Position numbers and translations under genes: made by a program
Shown: one piece after another, positions 63,025-64,000 of the stretch
How the letters are laid out: each line of letters starts with the position of its first letter
Numbering within the stretch: position 1 is the first letter of the stretch
Notes under the pieces: model-generated
Seen by the model: the letters and a program-made list of their open reading frames with translations, nothing else
Database searches by the model: none
Told to the model about the DNA's origin: nothing
Source: Pseudomonadota bacterium
GTDB lineage: Archaea > Thermoplasmatota > SW-10-69-26 > JACQPN01 > JAJPHT01
Reading direction: 5' to 3'
Length of the DNA stretch: 64,000 bases
Assembly: GCA_021325135.1 (NCBI GenBank)
Contig: JAJPHT010000029.1
Location: 32,001-96,000, forward strand

Positions 63025-64000
63025 TCACGCCTGGCCGGTGGCGTCGCGCCAGCCGGCGAGCCACTCCTCGCGGTGCGCGTCGACCTGGTCGCCGGGGAGG
63101 TACGCGGGCTCCAGGGGCTCGGGCGCGTAGGTGAGGTAGGCGTCGGGCGCGTTGGCGCCGGCCACGACCGGGTATTCCACCTGCTGGAAGGCGCCCTTCT
63201 CCTGGACGTCCGTGGCCATGAGGTAGTCGATGAGCGCCTCGGCGCCCTTGGGGTTCTTGGCGTGGGCGAGGACGCCGATGGCCTCCACCTGGAACCAGGA
63301 GCCCTGGCGCACGTCGAGGTCCGCGCTGGTGGCGTTGCCGTAGCCGTTCATGGGGTTGTACGCGGGGCTCGTGCTGTAGGAGAGGACGATGGGGCGGTCG
63401 TGGCTGCCCGTCGTGTCGTAGCCCTGCGTGAAGACGTCGCCGTAGGCCTGGTCCCAACTCGTCGCGACCTTCCCGCCGTTCTTGGCGTAGTCGCTCCAGA
63501 AGTCCTTGTACGAGTAGCCGGGCGTGCCGTTGAAGCGCGCGACGGTCGCCAGGAGGAACGCGAAGCCGGGGCTGGAGGTCTGCGGGCTCTCGACGACGGT
63601 GAGGGGCGCGTAGGTGGCGCCCGCGATCTGCCGGAGGTCCGTGGGCAGCGACAGGTTGTGGTCGTGGAACCACTGCGTGTCGTAGTTCAGCTCCACGTAG
63701 CCGTAGTCGAAGGGCGTCGCGAGGAGCGTGTCGTTGTCGCCGCGGAAGGGCGCCTTGTAGCGCTCCGCGACGTAGGCCGAGGCGCGCCCCTCGTAGGGCT
63801 GGAAGATGCCGGCCTCCCTGGCGCGGTGGATGAGCGCGTTGTCCACGCCGAAGAGGGCGTCCGCGACCGGCGCGTCCTTGCTGGCGATGGCGCGGCTCAC
63901 GACCTCGCCCGCGTCTCCCTGCGCGAGGACCGTCACCTTGTAGCCGGTGAGGTTGGTGAAGTCGTCGAAGATCGACTTGTTGAGGCCGAAGGCGCTGTAC
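63025..64000 (-). CDS. thiB: thiamine ABC transporter substrate-binding protein (N-terminus outside window)
   Basis: GDAGE, ADALFGVDN, PFDYGY..NYD, P.TSSPG.AFL, W.QAY..F, VLSYSTSPAY, FQVE. Confidence 0.88.
   Translation of the reverse strand, partial: YSAFGLNKSIFDDFTNLTGYKVTVLAQGDAGEVVSRAIASKDAPVADALFGVDNALIHRAREAGIFQPYEGRASAYVAERYKAPFRGDNDTLLATPFDYGYVELNYDTQWFHDHNLSLPTDLRQIAGATYAPLTVVESPQTSSPGFAFLLATVARFNGTPGYSYKDFWSDYAKNGGKVATSWDQAYGDVFTQGYDTTGSHDRPIVLSYSTSPAYNPMNGYGNATSADLDVRQGSWFQVEAIGVLAHAKNPKGAEALIDYLMATDVQEKGAFQQVEYPVVAGANAPDAYLTYAPEPLEPAYLPGDQVDAHREEWLAGWRDATGQA

Overview
Very GC-rich prokaryotic DNA, most likely from an uncultured archaeon of Thermoplasmatota type. This is an inference from TATA-like boxes and apparently leaderless genes, a DUF1405-like protein, a geranylgeranyl reductase, a split transketolase, a PEF-CTERM-like tail and tandem winged-helix regulators. 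Housekeeping genes are sucC/sucD, pabB/pabC, an acyl-CoA dehydrogenase, a thiolase, purM, the split transketolase, a thiamine pyrophosphokinase, thiBPQ and the geranylgeranyl reductase. They are interleaved with a very large, disulfide-rich secretome. The centre (17.7-40.4 kb) is a co-oriented five-gene cluster of secreted proteins. It includes 2559-aa and 3061-aa giants that lack membrane anchors but share an unrecognised C-terminal Cys-closed motif, and it sits between the ATPase and permease of a NodI/NodJ-like ABC exporter. The best candidate for an undescribed system is a recurring cassette of a small secreted disulfide peptide, a single-pass membrane receptor-like protein and a tandem winged-helix regulator. 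It appears once fused (40.9-42.6 kb) and once split with a TPR receptor and an operator-like dyad (47.7-50.1 kb), and may be an archaeal peptide-signalling module. No rRNA, tRNA, CRISPR array, transposase or integrase was recognised. All family calls are by-eye motif recognition; no searches were run.
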